Origin: Octopus sinensis
Lineage: Eukaryota
Length of the DNA: 64,000 nt
Direction of reading: 5' to 3'
Assembly: GCF_006345805.1 (NCBI RefSeq)
Contig: NC_043011.1
Span: forward strand, 34,856,464-34,920,463
How positions within the stretch are numbered: position 1 is the first letter of the stretch; every line of letters begins with the position of its first letter. The translations under genes and the position numbers were made by a program. Of this stretch, positions 38,924 to 51,206 are shown one piece after another. The notes below the pieces were generated by a model. The model was given only the letters and a program-made list of their open reading frames with translations, was not told where the DNA came from and did not search any database.

Positions 38924-39011
38924 GATGCCGGTATCAAGTTCACAAACTTGTCCCTCGAAAAATACAAGTGATGCCGGTTACAAGTTCACAAGCTTGTCCC
39001 TCGAAATATAC
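38924..39011. repeat. Tandem duplication, 47-bp period
   Basis: ATGCCGGT..CAAGTTCACAA.CTTGTCCCTCGAAA.ATAC occurs twice. Confidence 0.85.
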
Positions 39012-39870
39012 GCTTTTCTCCCACACAAAAATTTACTTTTTCGGTTTTTTTTACCTCCACTGGTCCTGTCTTATTCAACATTATTACGAAGAAAACAAAA
39101 ATAAAGACCCTATAATATTCAAATAATCTAAAAGAATACCAGGCAAACGACCCGTACTATAGTGGACTAAAATGTCAGAAAACATAACTTAGACCATTTC
39201 AGTGATGCCTATTAAGTCAGCCAATAATGGGCCGAAACCTACCTCTAAGTTATTGCGTTGGCAGCTGTTTCTTTTGCTCATTGTCTACAAAATGCGTGGT
39301 ATTTAGGAGCAAATGCATGTTAACGTACTGAAAACCAGTGAACCAAAATTAATTTTTAATCGATTGAAATTGCGCTCGTAACGAGCCAATCAGTCTCTAC
39401 GTGGTCATTCGGTTAGCCAAAAATAATAGCCATATCACCTCAAATCATATTTTACCATCTAGAAATAGTACAAGATACCATTAATGCTGCAGCTTGACTC
39501 ATGAAGGAAAGAGAAAGGACAAAAACGTTGTATACAAGAATAACAAAACAATGCCGTTGTTGTTGTCTAGCAACAAGTCACGAGGTGACGAGCGAACGCT
39601 CCATTTTATTTTCTGAAATCTAGGTTTTTACAACATTCGTTGCGTCCTGCCATTTTTTTTTTTTTTTTAAGGTATGATTTTTTTTAAAGCTGTGATTAAG
39701 GTATGATTTGACGGTGATCTGGTTGTTACTTTTAGCAGACCGAGGGACCACGTAGAGACTGTTTGGTTGCCTCGTTACGAGTGCAATTTCAATCAATTAA
39801 AAATCAATTTTGACTCACTGGTTTAAGTACGTTAACACGCAGTTAAACTCACACACATACAGCATGTATG

Positions 39871-39909
<39 letters not shown>

Positions 39910-40205
39910 TGTGTGTGTTGTGTGTGTGTGTATGTATGTATGTATGTATGTGTGTGTGTATAGTGTATGTGTGTGTGCGCGTGTATATGTGCGTGCTCGT
40001 TTTCTTTTGCAGGACATTTGGCGCCAAAGGAATCTAATTGTTGAAGAAAACAAGCCGACAATTTAGAACTATCTCCAAACCTTTCAACACTTCTTGTCCT
40101 ACCTCACACACACACTCTATTCCTCATTAATTCTTTCTCAAATAGTATATTTAACTTTAGAACTCTACAATCCATCAAATCGAGTCATCTAACTTTAACT
40201 TTCCC

Positions 40206-40243
<38 letters not shown>

Positions 40244-41107
40244 CGAGGTGGTACCCAAAAGAAAACGGAATTTTGCTATATTATTTATTCATTTAGTTTT
40301 TACATGTTTACACTTTTATCGCCTTCAAAGTATTCTCTATTTGAAGTAATGCATCGCTCCAGGCGGGTTTTCCAATATTCGAAGCAGCGCTGAGAACTCT
40401 TGCAAAATTATGCTTTTTAACGCCTCCATGGTTTTTTGTCTTCACCTCTTCTACATCTGCAAATTCCGTAGCACCAGTTTTCGTCACCAGTGATGACCTT
40501 CAGAAAGAGTTCAGATCAACTTCCAAATGTTCTTTCAGTTCATGACACGCATTAAGACGTGACTGCTTTTGATCTTTCGTGAGCAAGCGAAGCACAAATT
40601 TTGCTGAAACTCTTTTCATTCGCAATACCTCGCTCAAAATTCTTTGGCAGGAGCTCCAGGACACACCAGTCATATCAACAAGTTCGTCGATTGCGTGGTG
40701 ACGGTCCTCCAAGATCAATTCATGAATTTTTATGTTTTCATTCGTTCGGGAGGTCTTCTCGCGACAAGTGACCATTCCTAAAGTGTGGAAACCCCACGTA
40801 AACTTGTGGTTTGCTCAACGCAGCATCCTTGTAAGCTGTTTGAAGCGTGACAACTGTTTCGGCCGGCGTTTTCCCCAGCAGAAAACAGAATTTCTCACAA
40901 GCACACTATTCTTTCGTTTCAGCCATCGCAAAAATCGACGAACAGGGGAGAAGCACTGTAAAACAAAGACACAGCACGTGACAACAGTACGATGACGCCG
41001 GTTGGCAGACTGAGGATGGTATCAAGAGGCTTCTAGCGGCGAGAGCCTGAACTACATGGGTTTATCCCACAGAGAACGCTTCCGGTTACTTTGGGGATAC
41101 CCCCTTG
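40244..41107 (-). mobile_element. Internally deleted mariner element
   Basis: Imperfect TIRs CGAGGTGGTACCCAAAAGAAAACGGAA / TTCCGGTTACTTTGGGGATACCCCCTTG, TA at the left end. Transposase remnants from ATG 40926: KFCFLLGKTPAET, KRVSAKFVLRLLT, VITGDENWCY, then a jump to ...YFEGDK. Confidence 0.92.
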
Positions 41108-41822
41108 TGCTTCCACAAGAGAACTCACAACCTGATGAAACTATCAGTGGCGAAACTATAAAATAACTGGCAACAATTTCTCTGTAATAAGTAAATATTG
41201 CACAAAAATTTAGTTCTTTTTCTGTTGATGCTAAATTAATTTTATAGGCGTAGGAGGGGCTGTGTGGTAAGTAGCTTGCTTACGAACTACATGGTTCCGG
41301 GTTCAGTCCCACTGCGTGGCACCTTGGGCAAGTGTCTTCTACTATAGCCTCGGGCCGACCAAAGCCTTGTGAGTGGATTTGGTAGACGGAAACTGAAAGT
41401 TGTATATATGTATGTGCGTGTCTGTGTTTGTCCCTCCAACATCGCTTGACAACCGACGCTGGTATGTTTACGTTCCTGTAAAATAGCGGTTCGGCAAAAG
41501 AGACCGATAGAATAAGTACTAGGTTTACAAAGAATAAATCCTGGAGTCGATTTGCTCGACTAAAGGCAGTGCTCCATCATGACCACAGTCAAATGACTGA
41601 AACAAGTAAAAGAGTAAAAGAGATATGTGTATGTATGTATATATCATGTATGCATACAAATAGAGGGTAGGTAGTTAGGTACGTATATGTAAGTATATAT
41701 ATACGCGTGGTGTAAATACCTACATTATATCTATCTATCTATTTTATATTATATATATACATATATATTATATTATATTATGTATATATATATTACCACA
41801 TATAATATATATATATATTATA

Positions 41823-41873
<51 letters not shown>

Positions 41874-42440
41874 GAACCCGAGATGGACGTTGCCTTTCAT
41901 CCTTTCAGAACACTGGGATCAATGTAATCGATTTATCCTCCCCTAAAATTGCTGGCCTTGTGCCAAAATGTGAAACCAATATATTATAATACCCACATAA
42001 TATAGATTACACAAGCATAAATATAAAACACACATGTATATATGTAATACATACAAGCATAACATACACACGCACATACACACACAACTATTCGCATGCA
42101 TACACATATGGTTTGTCAGTTGAAAATAAGAAAATTTATAAGAAACTTTATCCTAAATACCTTTTGTGAGGAAATTCGAAATTTACTTTTGAAGCAATTT
42201 AAAGACAGAGAACCTTTCCAACAGTCGACCCTTTCAAAAATCAGAAACCTTCAACAGATAGAATTCAAATCTACCACAATTATATACATACATTAATTCT
42301 GTTAGTTCGATCTATGTTGTACATGCTTTAATTTCTCCAGCGTGGAAAAGCCAACGTGGAAAGAAAGCCTCCACGTAGTCTTTCGATCTGATAAATTTAT
42401 CAAATAAATCTCCTTCTAATACGCTTTGAATGATTTAGAG

Positions 42441-42507
<67 letters not shown>

Positions 42508-42514
42508 TATATAT

Positions 42515-42785
42515 ATATTTCGTTTTTGGATTTGGTTTGCAAGATTCTTTATATGAGTTCGTGTGCTGAAGCATATTCTGTTGTGTCTGGGGAGAGTCAT
42601 TTTCTTTTTGTGACTTATAATTTAACACACTCACCGGTAAAATTGAAAAGACTATTGAAAAGGTTGCAAGACGCAACGAAAATTTTGGGAAAATAAAAAT
42701 AAGAAATAAGTGGAAATTTTACCGGTGAGTGTATTAAATTATAAGGCGCACAAAAAGAAAATGACACCCCCCAGACACAACAGTA
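42515..42785. mobile_element. Fold-back element in (TA)n, arms 42578-42644 / 42715-42783, with a variant hammerhead-like motif in the spacer
   Basis: Direct reading; homologous to 1784-1946. Confidence 0.75.
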
Positions 42786-42796
42786 TTTATATATAT

Positions 42797-42857
<61 letters not shown>

Positions 42858-42860
<3 letters not shown>

Positions 42861-43080
42861 CAAAATGGGACAAGAACGCAAAACATCCAGACAGCTAGGT
42901 GATACAAAAAAGGGACAACAAAACACCCAGATAGACAATACAAAGAAAACAAGGACGGGTGATTCGAAGCTCCCCCTCTCCAGTCAAGCACCAGATTATC
43001 TTCGCAATTTCGGCTTATTTTGAGATTGCTCCAATCTGGCCAGCCCCAAGGAAAAACTAAGCTAAGAGCAATAAGATATG
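42858..43080. other. Non-repetitive-looking segment sandwiched between long (TA)n tracts; probable TA-targeted element fragment
   Basis: Flanked by pure (TA)n like the neighbouring fold-backs; short internal direct repeats (GGGACAA..CAAAACA.CCAGA). Confidence 0.4.
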
Positions 43081-43083
43081 TAC

Positions 43084-43141
<58 letters not shown>

Positions 43142-43143
<2 letters not shown>

Positions 43144-43425
43144 GAGAAAGAAGCAACAAGAATGGATTAGTTTTTAGTACAATTGTTTCATACAAAGACA
43201 TGCTTTATTAAAAGTTGCAAATTAATAAAACTTTTAATAAAGCCTGTCTTTGTATGAAACAATTGTACTAAAAACTAATCCATTCGTGTTGCTTCTTTCT
43301 CGTTTATAATCACCCCACATTATTGTATGGTTAACACCATATAGTTTTCTGGTGCATCTAAGTTAAGTACCACATTCAAGTGAATTCACTAGAACTGACT
43401 TGAATCTTAATTGCTTTTACTGTGT
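43142..43425. repeat. Fold-back element in (TA)n: 75-bp arms (43142-43216 / 43229-43303) plus a one-sided extension
   Basis: Direct reading. Confidence 0.9.
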
Positions 43426-44210
43426 ATATATATATATAATATATATATATATACATATCCTATTGTAAATTCGAGTGATGTCTCTCTGTCCGTTATGTTT
43501 TTTTTATGTCCGTTAACTCCTCCTAGACCGTTGGTGCAAGGACAACGAAAATCAAACCAGCAACTCCTCTAATCCCAGGAAATGTCCTGAGGGACAACAA
43601 AGGCACACAAATACAAGTGTGTACACGCAACGGGCTTCTTTCAGTTCCCGTCTACGAAATCCACTAACAACACTTTGGTCAGCCTGAGGCTATACTGAAA
43701 GACATTTGCCCAAAGCAACTGGACAGTACTGGCCCCCTCACTACTCAATGGTGTACCCTCGGGTTTACTCCACTTTAGCATTATTACAAATTAGTATCCA
43801 CCCAGAATATTCTGAAGCACACACCCCTCCCCCCAGGTATCAAAGTCTGGCGACGGGCCTGGTCCGAGGTGCCGCGTGGTGATATTGAACCCAAGGTCAC
43901 AGGGTTTGGGAACCAAACTGCTCGCAATACTATATCTGAGGCAGGGGGGGGGGTAAGGAGATGGTCACAGCTGGAATGCATTTGTTTTTTTTTTTGTTTT
44001 TTTTATCTCACTTCAACGTGATCAGACTGACCTAAGACTAAACTACGACAGCAACACCTTGTTCAAAAGATCAATATTGAACAACCTCACAGTTATAAAA
44101 CTATAAAACTCACAATGTGGATTTTTATGCCATTCCACCAGGAAAATGAAGATATTTGTCAGTGACTAACTAATGCTTCTGGTGAGTCTGTGTGCGTTTG
44201 TGTGTATGGA

Positions 44211-44217
<7 letters not shown>

Positions 44218-44242
<25 letters not shown>

Positions 44243-44530
44243 GCGGGGAGAGAGAGAGAGACGCGGGGAGAGAGAGAGAGAGAGAGAGACGCGGGGAGAG
44301 AGAGAGAGACGCGGGGAGAGAGAGAGAGACGCGGGGAGAGAGAGAGAGACGCGGAGAGAGAGAGAGAGAGACGCGGGGAGAGAGAGAGAGACGCGGGAGG
44401 AGAGAGAGACGCGGGGAGAGAGAGGAGCGAGGGCGGGGAGAGGAGAGAGAGAGGACGCGGGGAGAGAGAGAGAGACGCGGGGAGAGAGAGAGAGACGCGG
44501 GGAGAGAGAGAGAGAGACGCAGGGAGAGAA
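44218..44530. repeat. Minisatellite ((GA)nCGCGGG), about 14 units
   Basis: Direct reading; source of the SPRVSLSL/ERRGERE ORFs. Confidence 0.95.
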
Positions 44531-44583
44531 GTGAGTGAGAGAGAGAGGGGCAGCATTTGTGTATGTGTGTGTGCGCGTGTGTA

Positions 44584-44715
44584 CCATTATGTTTGTGTAA
44601 GTGCGGCCGCATATTCTGCAAGAGAAAGAGAGAGTGCGTGAGTGTATGTATGTGTGTGTATGCGTATGTGTGTATGCTTTTACACGTTTGTGTATGTGCG
44701 GCCGCATATTCTGCA

Positions 44716-44750
<35 letters not shown>

Positions 44751-44896
44751 AAGAGAGAATGCGTGAGTGTATGTATGTGTGTATGCGTATGTACGTGTGT
44801 ATGTGTGTATGCTTTTACATGTTTGTGTATGTGCGGCCGCATATTCTGCAAGTGAGAGAGAGAGAAAGAGAGAATACGTGAGTGTATGTATGTGTA

Positions 44897-44935
<39 letters not shown>

Positions 44936-45262
44936 TGTGTGTGTAGCCGCATATTCTGTGTGTGTGTGTGTGAGAAAGAGAGTGAATTTGTGTGCCTTGA
45001 AAATGTGTATGTATATGTGTGTGGCCATTTGTGAAAGAGAGAGAGAGAGGGGGCGAGAGAAAGAAGAGTGTGTATGTGTATGTGTATGTGTGTGTGTGTG
45101 AACCTTTATTCAGTGTGTGTGACCGCATATTCTCTGAATGAGAGAGAGAGAGAAAAAAAGAGAGAATGAGAGTGTATGAGAAAGAATGTGAGTGAGAGGG
45201 AGCAAGAGTGTGTGCCTTTATATGCTTGTGTGGATAAGTGTGTGTATGCGACCGCATATTCA
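44584..45262. repeat. Higher-order repeat of microsatellite blocks anchored on CCGCATATTC
   Basis: Anchor at about 44607, 44702, 44837, 44947, 45123 and 45252. Confidence 0.85.
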
Positions 45263-46159
45263 TATGCAGTTAGCTATTTAATGCTCCTTGCATTGAAGAT
45301 ATTAACACCAACTTCGTTATTCTTTTATTCATGCGATCGGCATCTCTAAATTATTTATTCTCCAAACAATTGTTACATAATACTGAGAGAATTGGCAGGG
45401 CCGTTAACAGCGTCGGATAGGAATGCTTTGCGGTATTTATTCCGGCCTTTCTAAGTTAAAAAAAATTCCACGACTGCGGTTTGATTTTTTACCATTCATC
45501 CTTCCAGTTTGATCGTTGTCCGTGTAGGGGGCGAGTTTTGCAGTGTGGGTTCAAGCCCACTGTGCGGCACCTTGGGCAAGTGCCTTCTACTATAGCCCCA
45601 AGCCGATCAAAGCTCTGTGAAACTGAAAGAAGCTCGTCGTATATATATATATATATATATACTCTTTTACTTGTTTCAGTCATTCAACTGACTGCGACCA
45701 TGCTGGAGCACCGCCTTTAGTCGAACAAATCGACCCCAGGTCTTATTCTTTGGAAGCCTAGTACTTATTCTATCGGTCTCTTTTGCCGAACCGCTAAGTA
45801 AACACACCACCATCGGTTGTCAAGCGATGTTGGGGGGACAAACACAGACACACACACATATATACGACGGGCTTCTTTCAGTTTCCGTCTACCAAATCCA
45901 CTCACAAAGCTATGGTAGAAGACACTTGCCCAAGGTGCCAAGCAGTGGGACTGAACTCGGAACCATGTGGTTTGTAAGCAAGCTACTTACCACACAGCCA
46001 ATATATATATATATTATATCAATATATGTTTTGTGTTTATCCCACCCACCCACCTAATTTGCTTGACAAAAGGTGTTGGTTTGTTTATGTCAAAAGGGAT
46101 CGACAAAATAAGCATCAGGCTTTAAAGATAAATACTGGAGGCGATTTGTTCGACTAAAC

Positions 46160-46407
46160 CAGTCGTTTTCAACCGGGGTTCATATGACCCGGGGTGGGGT
46201 TGGTCTGTATAAGATTTTGTTAAAAATTGTGCTATAAATCGGTTCTACTTCTATACTACACAAAGTATTTCAAAATTTTGTTCTTTAAACAATTCCTAAT
46301 AATATTTAATTATAAAAGTATAATAGGATTTTTTTAAACAACATCGGGTGTGTAAATAGGAATCAAAGGGGTCCATAGGTACAAAAAAAAATGGTAAAGA
46401 AACACTG
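46160..46407. mobile_element. hAT (Charlie-like) MITE inserted in a SINE A tail
   Basis: CAGTCGTTTTC...GAAACACTG with a perfect 8-bp TSD GACTAAAC; a related copy lies at 54704-54930. Confidence 0.88.
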
Positions 46408-46900
46408 GACTAAACCCTTTAAGGCAATGTTTTGGCATCGCTTCAAGTAAAAGATGAAAGATAAAACATACATGCGTGTATAACAGCAATCTCTTCTCAT
46501 TCATTGAAAAACTGATATATGATAGGAACCGGCTAAAGTCGGAACGATGTGCAGTACAGCAGAGAGAGTTAGAGGATATACATATGTATTCAGTTTAATG
46601 CTCTTTTCCACTAAATATGTTAACAACTAAACACGAAGTTAGCTGCCCAACCTGAGAAAATTGCCAATTGAAATCTGAGTTTCTAGCAGTTCGGTTGGTT
46701 GTTCCTTTCGTTTTATTTCACACAAGCTTTTGTTGTGCATCTATCTATCTATCTATCTATTTAATCTGTCTCACAATCTATATCTATCTGTTTGTCTGTC
46801 TATGTACCCACTTACCTACCAATTTACCTACTTACCCATCTATCTATACATACATACATACATACATACATACATACATACATACATACAGACACACGCA

Positions 46901-46932
<32 letters not shown>

Positions 46933-46974
46933 CACACATACATACATACATACATACATACATACATACATACA

Positions 46975-47008
<34 letters not shown>

Positions 47009-47252
47009 CATACATGAGATACTTAGAACAAAGCGCGAATGAGCAGTATTACCGACAAAAAGCAACAGCAAATATTAATTTTTTTTTTTTAATTAAAAAA
47101 GCAGTTAATAAAATAAGCAAAATAACATAAATTCGTGTCTCATAGGGGCGCAGGACATTTATTCGAAAAATCAGTAAGACCCTCGTCCGAAAAAGCAGAA
47201 CGTCACTTGAACTTAAATTACTTTACGAATGTCATTAACTATTGTATATTTA

Positions 47253-48708
47253 TCAGGCTGAGTAAAAAGTAAGCAACGTTTTGAAACATGAAATCCATCG
47301 CAATATATTTCAACAATGCGGGAATTTTAGTCATCAAAGTACCATTACAATCAACACATTTTTACCAACGAGTAACATGTTTATTCCGGTGACATCAAAA
47401 TCTGGAGTTCTGGAGTTGATGAACTCTTTGAACGCACTTTCAGCATCGGTTTGAATTTTGAACTCCTTCTCTTGCAGGAAACCATCAAGGTGCTTGAAAA
47501 AGTGATAATCGGTATGAGAAAGGTATGGAGAACAAGCTGGGTGAGGAAGAACTTCGTAGCTAAGTTCCATCAACTTCTCAGCGTCATTAGTGAAACGTGT
47601 GAGTCGAGCATTGTCATGAAGAATGATTGGCCCTCTTCTGTTGACCAGTCCGGAATGGAGGAGTAGCAGTTTTTCATTCATTTTGGCAATTTCATGGCAA
47701 TATATTTCTGCAGTAGTGGTTTTACCGGGTTTTAAGAAGTCATAGAGGATGAGTCCAGTAGTACAACACTAAACAGTCACCATTACCTTCTTTTTGAAGA
47801 GCTCAGGTTTAGGGAAGGTTTTCGGTGCTTCATTTTGGTCCAACCACTGTGATGAACGTTTTTTTATTATTGTACCGAATCTGCCTTTCATCGCAAGTTA
47901 CAATACGGTCGAGAAATGTATCGGTGTGGTATCCATTTGTCGAGCTTTTTTGATTTTCCGATCGTATGCAAATGGTTGCAGGTAGTTTTCTGACTAACTT
48001 GAAGTTCTTTCGCCAGTTCTCAAGTGGTTTTACGCGGATCTTTCTCAATGACGGTCTTTAATTGACTATCATCGATGACAGATGGGCGTCTACTACGCTC
48101 ACGATCTTCAAGGCTTCAGGTCTCCACTGCGAAATCGTTTAACCCTTTAGTGTTCAGATTATTCTATCAAACATAATGCTTATTGATTCCCATTGATTTG
48201 AATTAATCATGCATTATCTCATATCCTCAAGATCTTGATGGTGTAATTACTTCATGTAGAATAACATTGTAGGGTAGGTGTGAGGGCCTGGATCTGGTCA
48301 GTTTGAACAAAAACAGATTAAATATTTTGGCCAGATATGGCCGGATTAAATACTAAAGGGTTAAGCCATTTTCGAGCTGACCACTCACTGGTCATTTCTT
48401 CACCAAACGTTTCGTTGATATCACGAGTAGTTTCAGCAGCTTTACGTCCTTTTGTAAAGTTGAATAGCAAAATTGCTCGAATATCGCGCTTTGACAGTTC
48501 CATTTCAGATGATTGTAACAACGGTGAAAAACATATCAATGTTAATTTATTGATGCATCTGAGCAAGTCTATGTCTGTACTACCAGACAATTACAAAAAC
48601 AATAATGTTTTAAAAAATTCAAAACTCTGCGAAAATCCGGTACAACTTTTTCATGGTTGAATAAAAAGTACGCAACGTTTTACGTTGCTTACTTTTTATT
48701 CAACCTGA
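47253..48708 (-). mobile_element. Dead mariner (cecropia/Hsmar1-like) with a nested piggyBac MITE
   Basis: TA|TCAGGCTGAGTAAAAAGTAAGCAACGT ... ACGTTGCTTACTTTTTATTCAACCTGA|TA. Transposase from ATG 48503: MELSKRDIRAILLFNFTKGRKAAETTRDIN, IVTCDE, ILHDNAR, PHPACSPYLSHTDYHFF. Confidence 0.95.
48143..48360. mobile_element. piggyBac-type MITE
   Basis: TTAA|CCCTTTAGTG...TACTAAAGGG|TTAA; removing it restores the mariner frame RKWLKRFRSGD. Confidence 0.93.
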
Positions 48709-49229
48709 TACTTTGCCAATGCAGCCCATAATTGGCAACTGTTCTGCTTAAAACTAATCTTTTATCTTGTTTTTCAGTCATTAGACTACGGTCATGCTGG
48801 GGCACCAGGGCATGAAGATTTTTTTTTTTTAGTCGAATGAATCGACACCAGTACTTTTTTTTTTTTATTAAGCCTTGTACTTATTTTATTGGTGTCTTTT
48901 GTCGAACTGCTAGGCTATGAGGACGTAAACAAGCCAACACCGGTTGTCAAGTGATGATGGAGGACAAACACAGACACAAAGACGCAAACACTTCTTTCAG
49001 TTTCCGTCTACTAAATCCACTCAGAAGGCTTTGGTCGGCACGAGGCAATAGCAGAAGATACTTGCTCAAGGTGCTACGCAGTAAGACTGAACCCGGGACC
49101 ATGTGGTTGGAAAGCAAGCTTCTTACCACAGAGCCATGCTGCGCCCTCCAACGAATGAGAGAGTTCTTTACTTCATGTGATATATAATTTTGCCCTTGGA
49201 CGCAACATTTCAAAAGGAAAGCAATAATA

Positions 49230-49890
49230 ATAATGATTCTTTTCTACTCTTGGCAAAAAAGGGAGAAATTAGTCGATTATATCGACCCCATTATTTGACT
49301 GGTACTTATTTCATCGACTCCCGGCATTTTTTCAATTCTGTACGTAAAACTGGAAGAAATGCTGAGTTCAAATTCGGCCGAGGTCGACTTTGACTTTCAT
49401 CCTTTCGGGGTCGATAAATTAAGTACCAGTTACGCACTGGGGTCGATGTAATCGATTTAATCCGTGTGTCTGTCTTTGTTTGTCCTCTCTGTGTTTAACC
49501 CCTTGTGGGTAATAAAGAAATATCTATTCCGTCTGCCGTTACGTTCTAAGTTCAAATTCCGCCGAGGTCGACTTTGCCTTTCATCCTTTTGGGGTCGATA
49601 AATAAAGTACCAGTTACGCACTGGGGTCGATATAATCGACTTAATCCCTTTGTCCGTCATCGCTTCTTTTGTATCCCTTGTTCAACAGAGTTACCATGCC
49701 ATCACCAAGGACCCGCAGATGTGAAAAATGCATAGCGGCATTTCGTCCGTCTTTACATTCAGAGTTAACTTTGCCGTTCATCCTTCGGAGATCGATAAAA
49801 TTAAGTACCAGCTGAATACAGAGGTCTATGTAATTGACTTACTCGCTCCCCCGAAATTGCTGGCCTTGTTCCAAAATCTGAAATCAATAG
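49230..49890 (+). mobile_element. Cluster of SINE family D copies (one minus-strand fragment, three plus-strand copies)
   Basis: GTTCAAATTC.GCCGAGGTCGACTTTG.CTTTCATCCTTT.GGGGTCGATAAA repeated; others at 41880-41980 and 62868-63003. Confidence 0.85.
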
Positions 49891-49919
49891 TCTTATCTTT
49901 TTTTTTTTTTATCATAGAA

Positions 49920-51206
49920 AAGAACAAATGTATTGTATAAATATAACTCAAAGCTAGATCATAAATAACAAAACCAATCAAGTTAGGAACATAACCAGCA
50001 GAACCTTAGAGTCAATAACATAGGATAATAACAACCAAGTCATGCTTAAGCTTCTAATCTTTCTTGCGCTTATTTTAATTAGCAGCTGCCTTCTCAGCTC
50101 CATTTGTCACGTGCACAATGATTTTTTACATCTGCGGGTCCTTGGTGATGGCATGGTAACTCTGTTGAACAAGGGATACAAAAGAAGCGATGACGGTCAT
50201 ATTTTACAGTTTTCATGGGATAAATTTCTTTCCAGCTATTTTTAAAAGTATTTCTGTACGTTGCGGCGCCAGATAACTTATTTTGCCTCTGTAGAAGACT
50301 GCCTTTTTTTCACTACAATCTTTTTCTTCATTGCTACTGATACGCAAACGCATTAACCAACGCGGTGGTTACATTAACCGGATCTTTTCGGTTTGAACGG
50401 CAGTTTTTAACATAATTCTAGGTAACGAAAAAATTTTAAACTTCGTATACTGGTAGAATGCGTTTATAAAACCTCCTTTTCTCTTGGCTTTATTGAGAAA
50501 ATTCTATAGTTTATAAGATATTTGTTGTTTTTTTCTTCAATTTCTGCAATTTCAACCAAACACTGACATCCATTGAGGTAAACAACATTCTGTGCCGTAT
50601 GAATATGTCCCTCGTTTAAGGAACAGATTGGGTTTATTTACATTTGTGAAGAAAAAAAGATACCCTTCCCACCACCCCTAACCCTAACCCTAAAATCGAT
50701 TGAAATGCAATAGATCGATACTAGGGTCATAATTATGGGTGACAATTTCATATGACACCGCTAGAAAAAACTGCCGTTCAAACCGAAAAGATCCCATTAA
50801 CCAACGCGGTTAATGTGCTTCTTGGTCACAATATTCAAATAAAATCGTTTGTTTAGCCTCTGTACGGCGAAGGAGTAGACACGAGGCCTAAGATTATTAG
50901 CCTGCGCGTAATCGTCGTACACCAGAATCGTGGTTAACGCGCATAATCGCCGTCCGCCTCAATCGCGGGCCGCGCACATAATATACATTTCTCGACTGTA
51001 TGATGATGCGAACCGTAGACGGCCGCCGGCGCGAGCAGAATGCTCTACAAGGGGGCTAAAAATGCGCATCGGGACACTGTGATAAGTCTTCAGACGCCCT
51101 AAAGTTTGCGTTGGGAGAAAGCAGAAGAAATTGCTTACGAAAACGTGAGAGCGCGAGATCATGCGCAAAGTCGTGAGTCTCACGACAAAGCCGTGAGATT
51201 TGACAA

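Noticed and set aside
43457-43595. Possible Helitron 5' fragment (A|TC start, AACTCCTCCTAGACCGTT)
   Set aside because: No 3' hairpin or CTRR end found; cannot be supported from this window.
44159-45263. 289-aa and 365-aa ORFs
   Set aside because: Translations of (GA)/(GT) minisatellites.
50042-50245. ORF with a signal-peptide-like start MLKLLIFLALILISS
   Set aside because: Antisense to the hAT zinc-finger remnant; short, with no other support.
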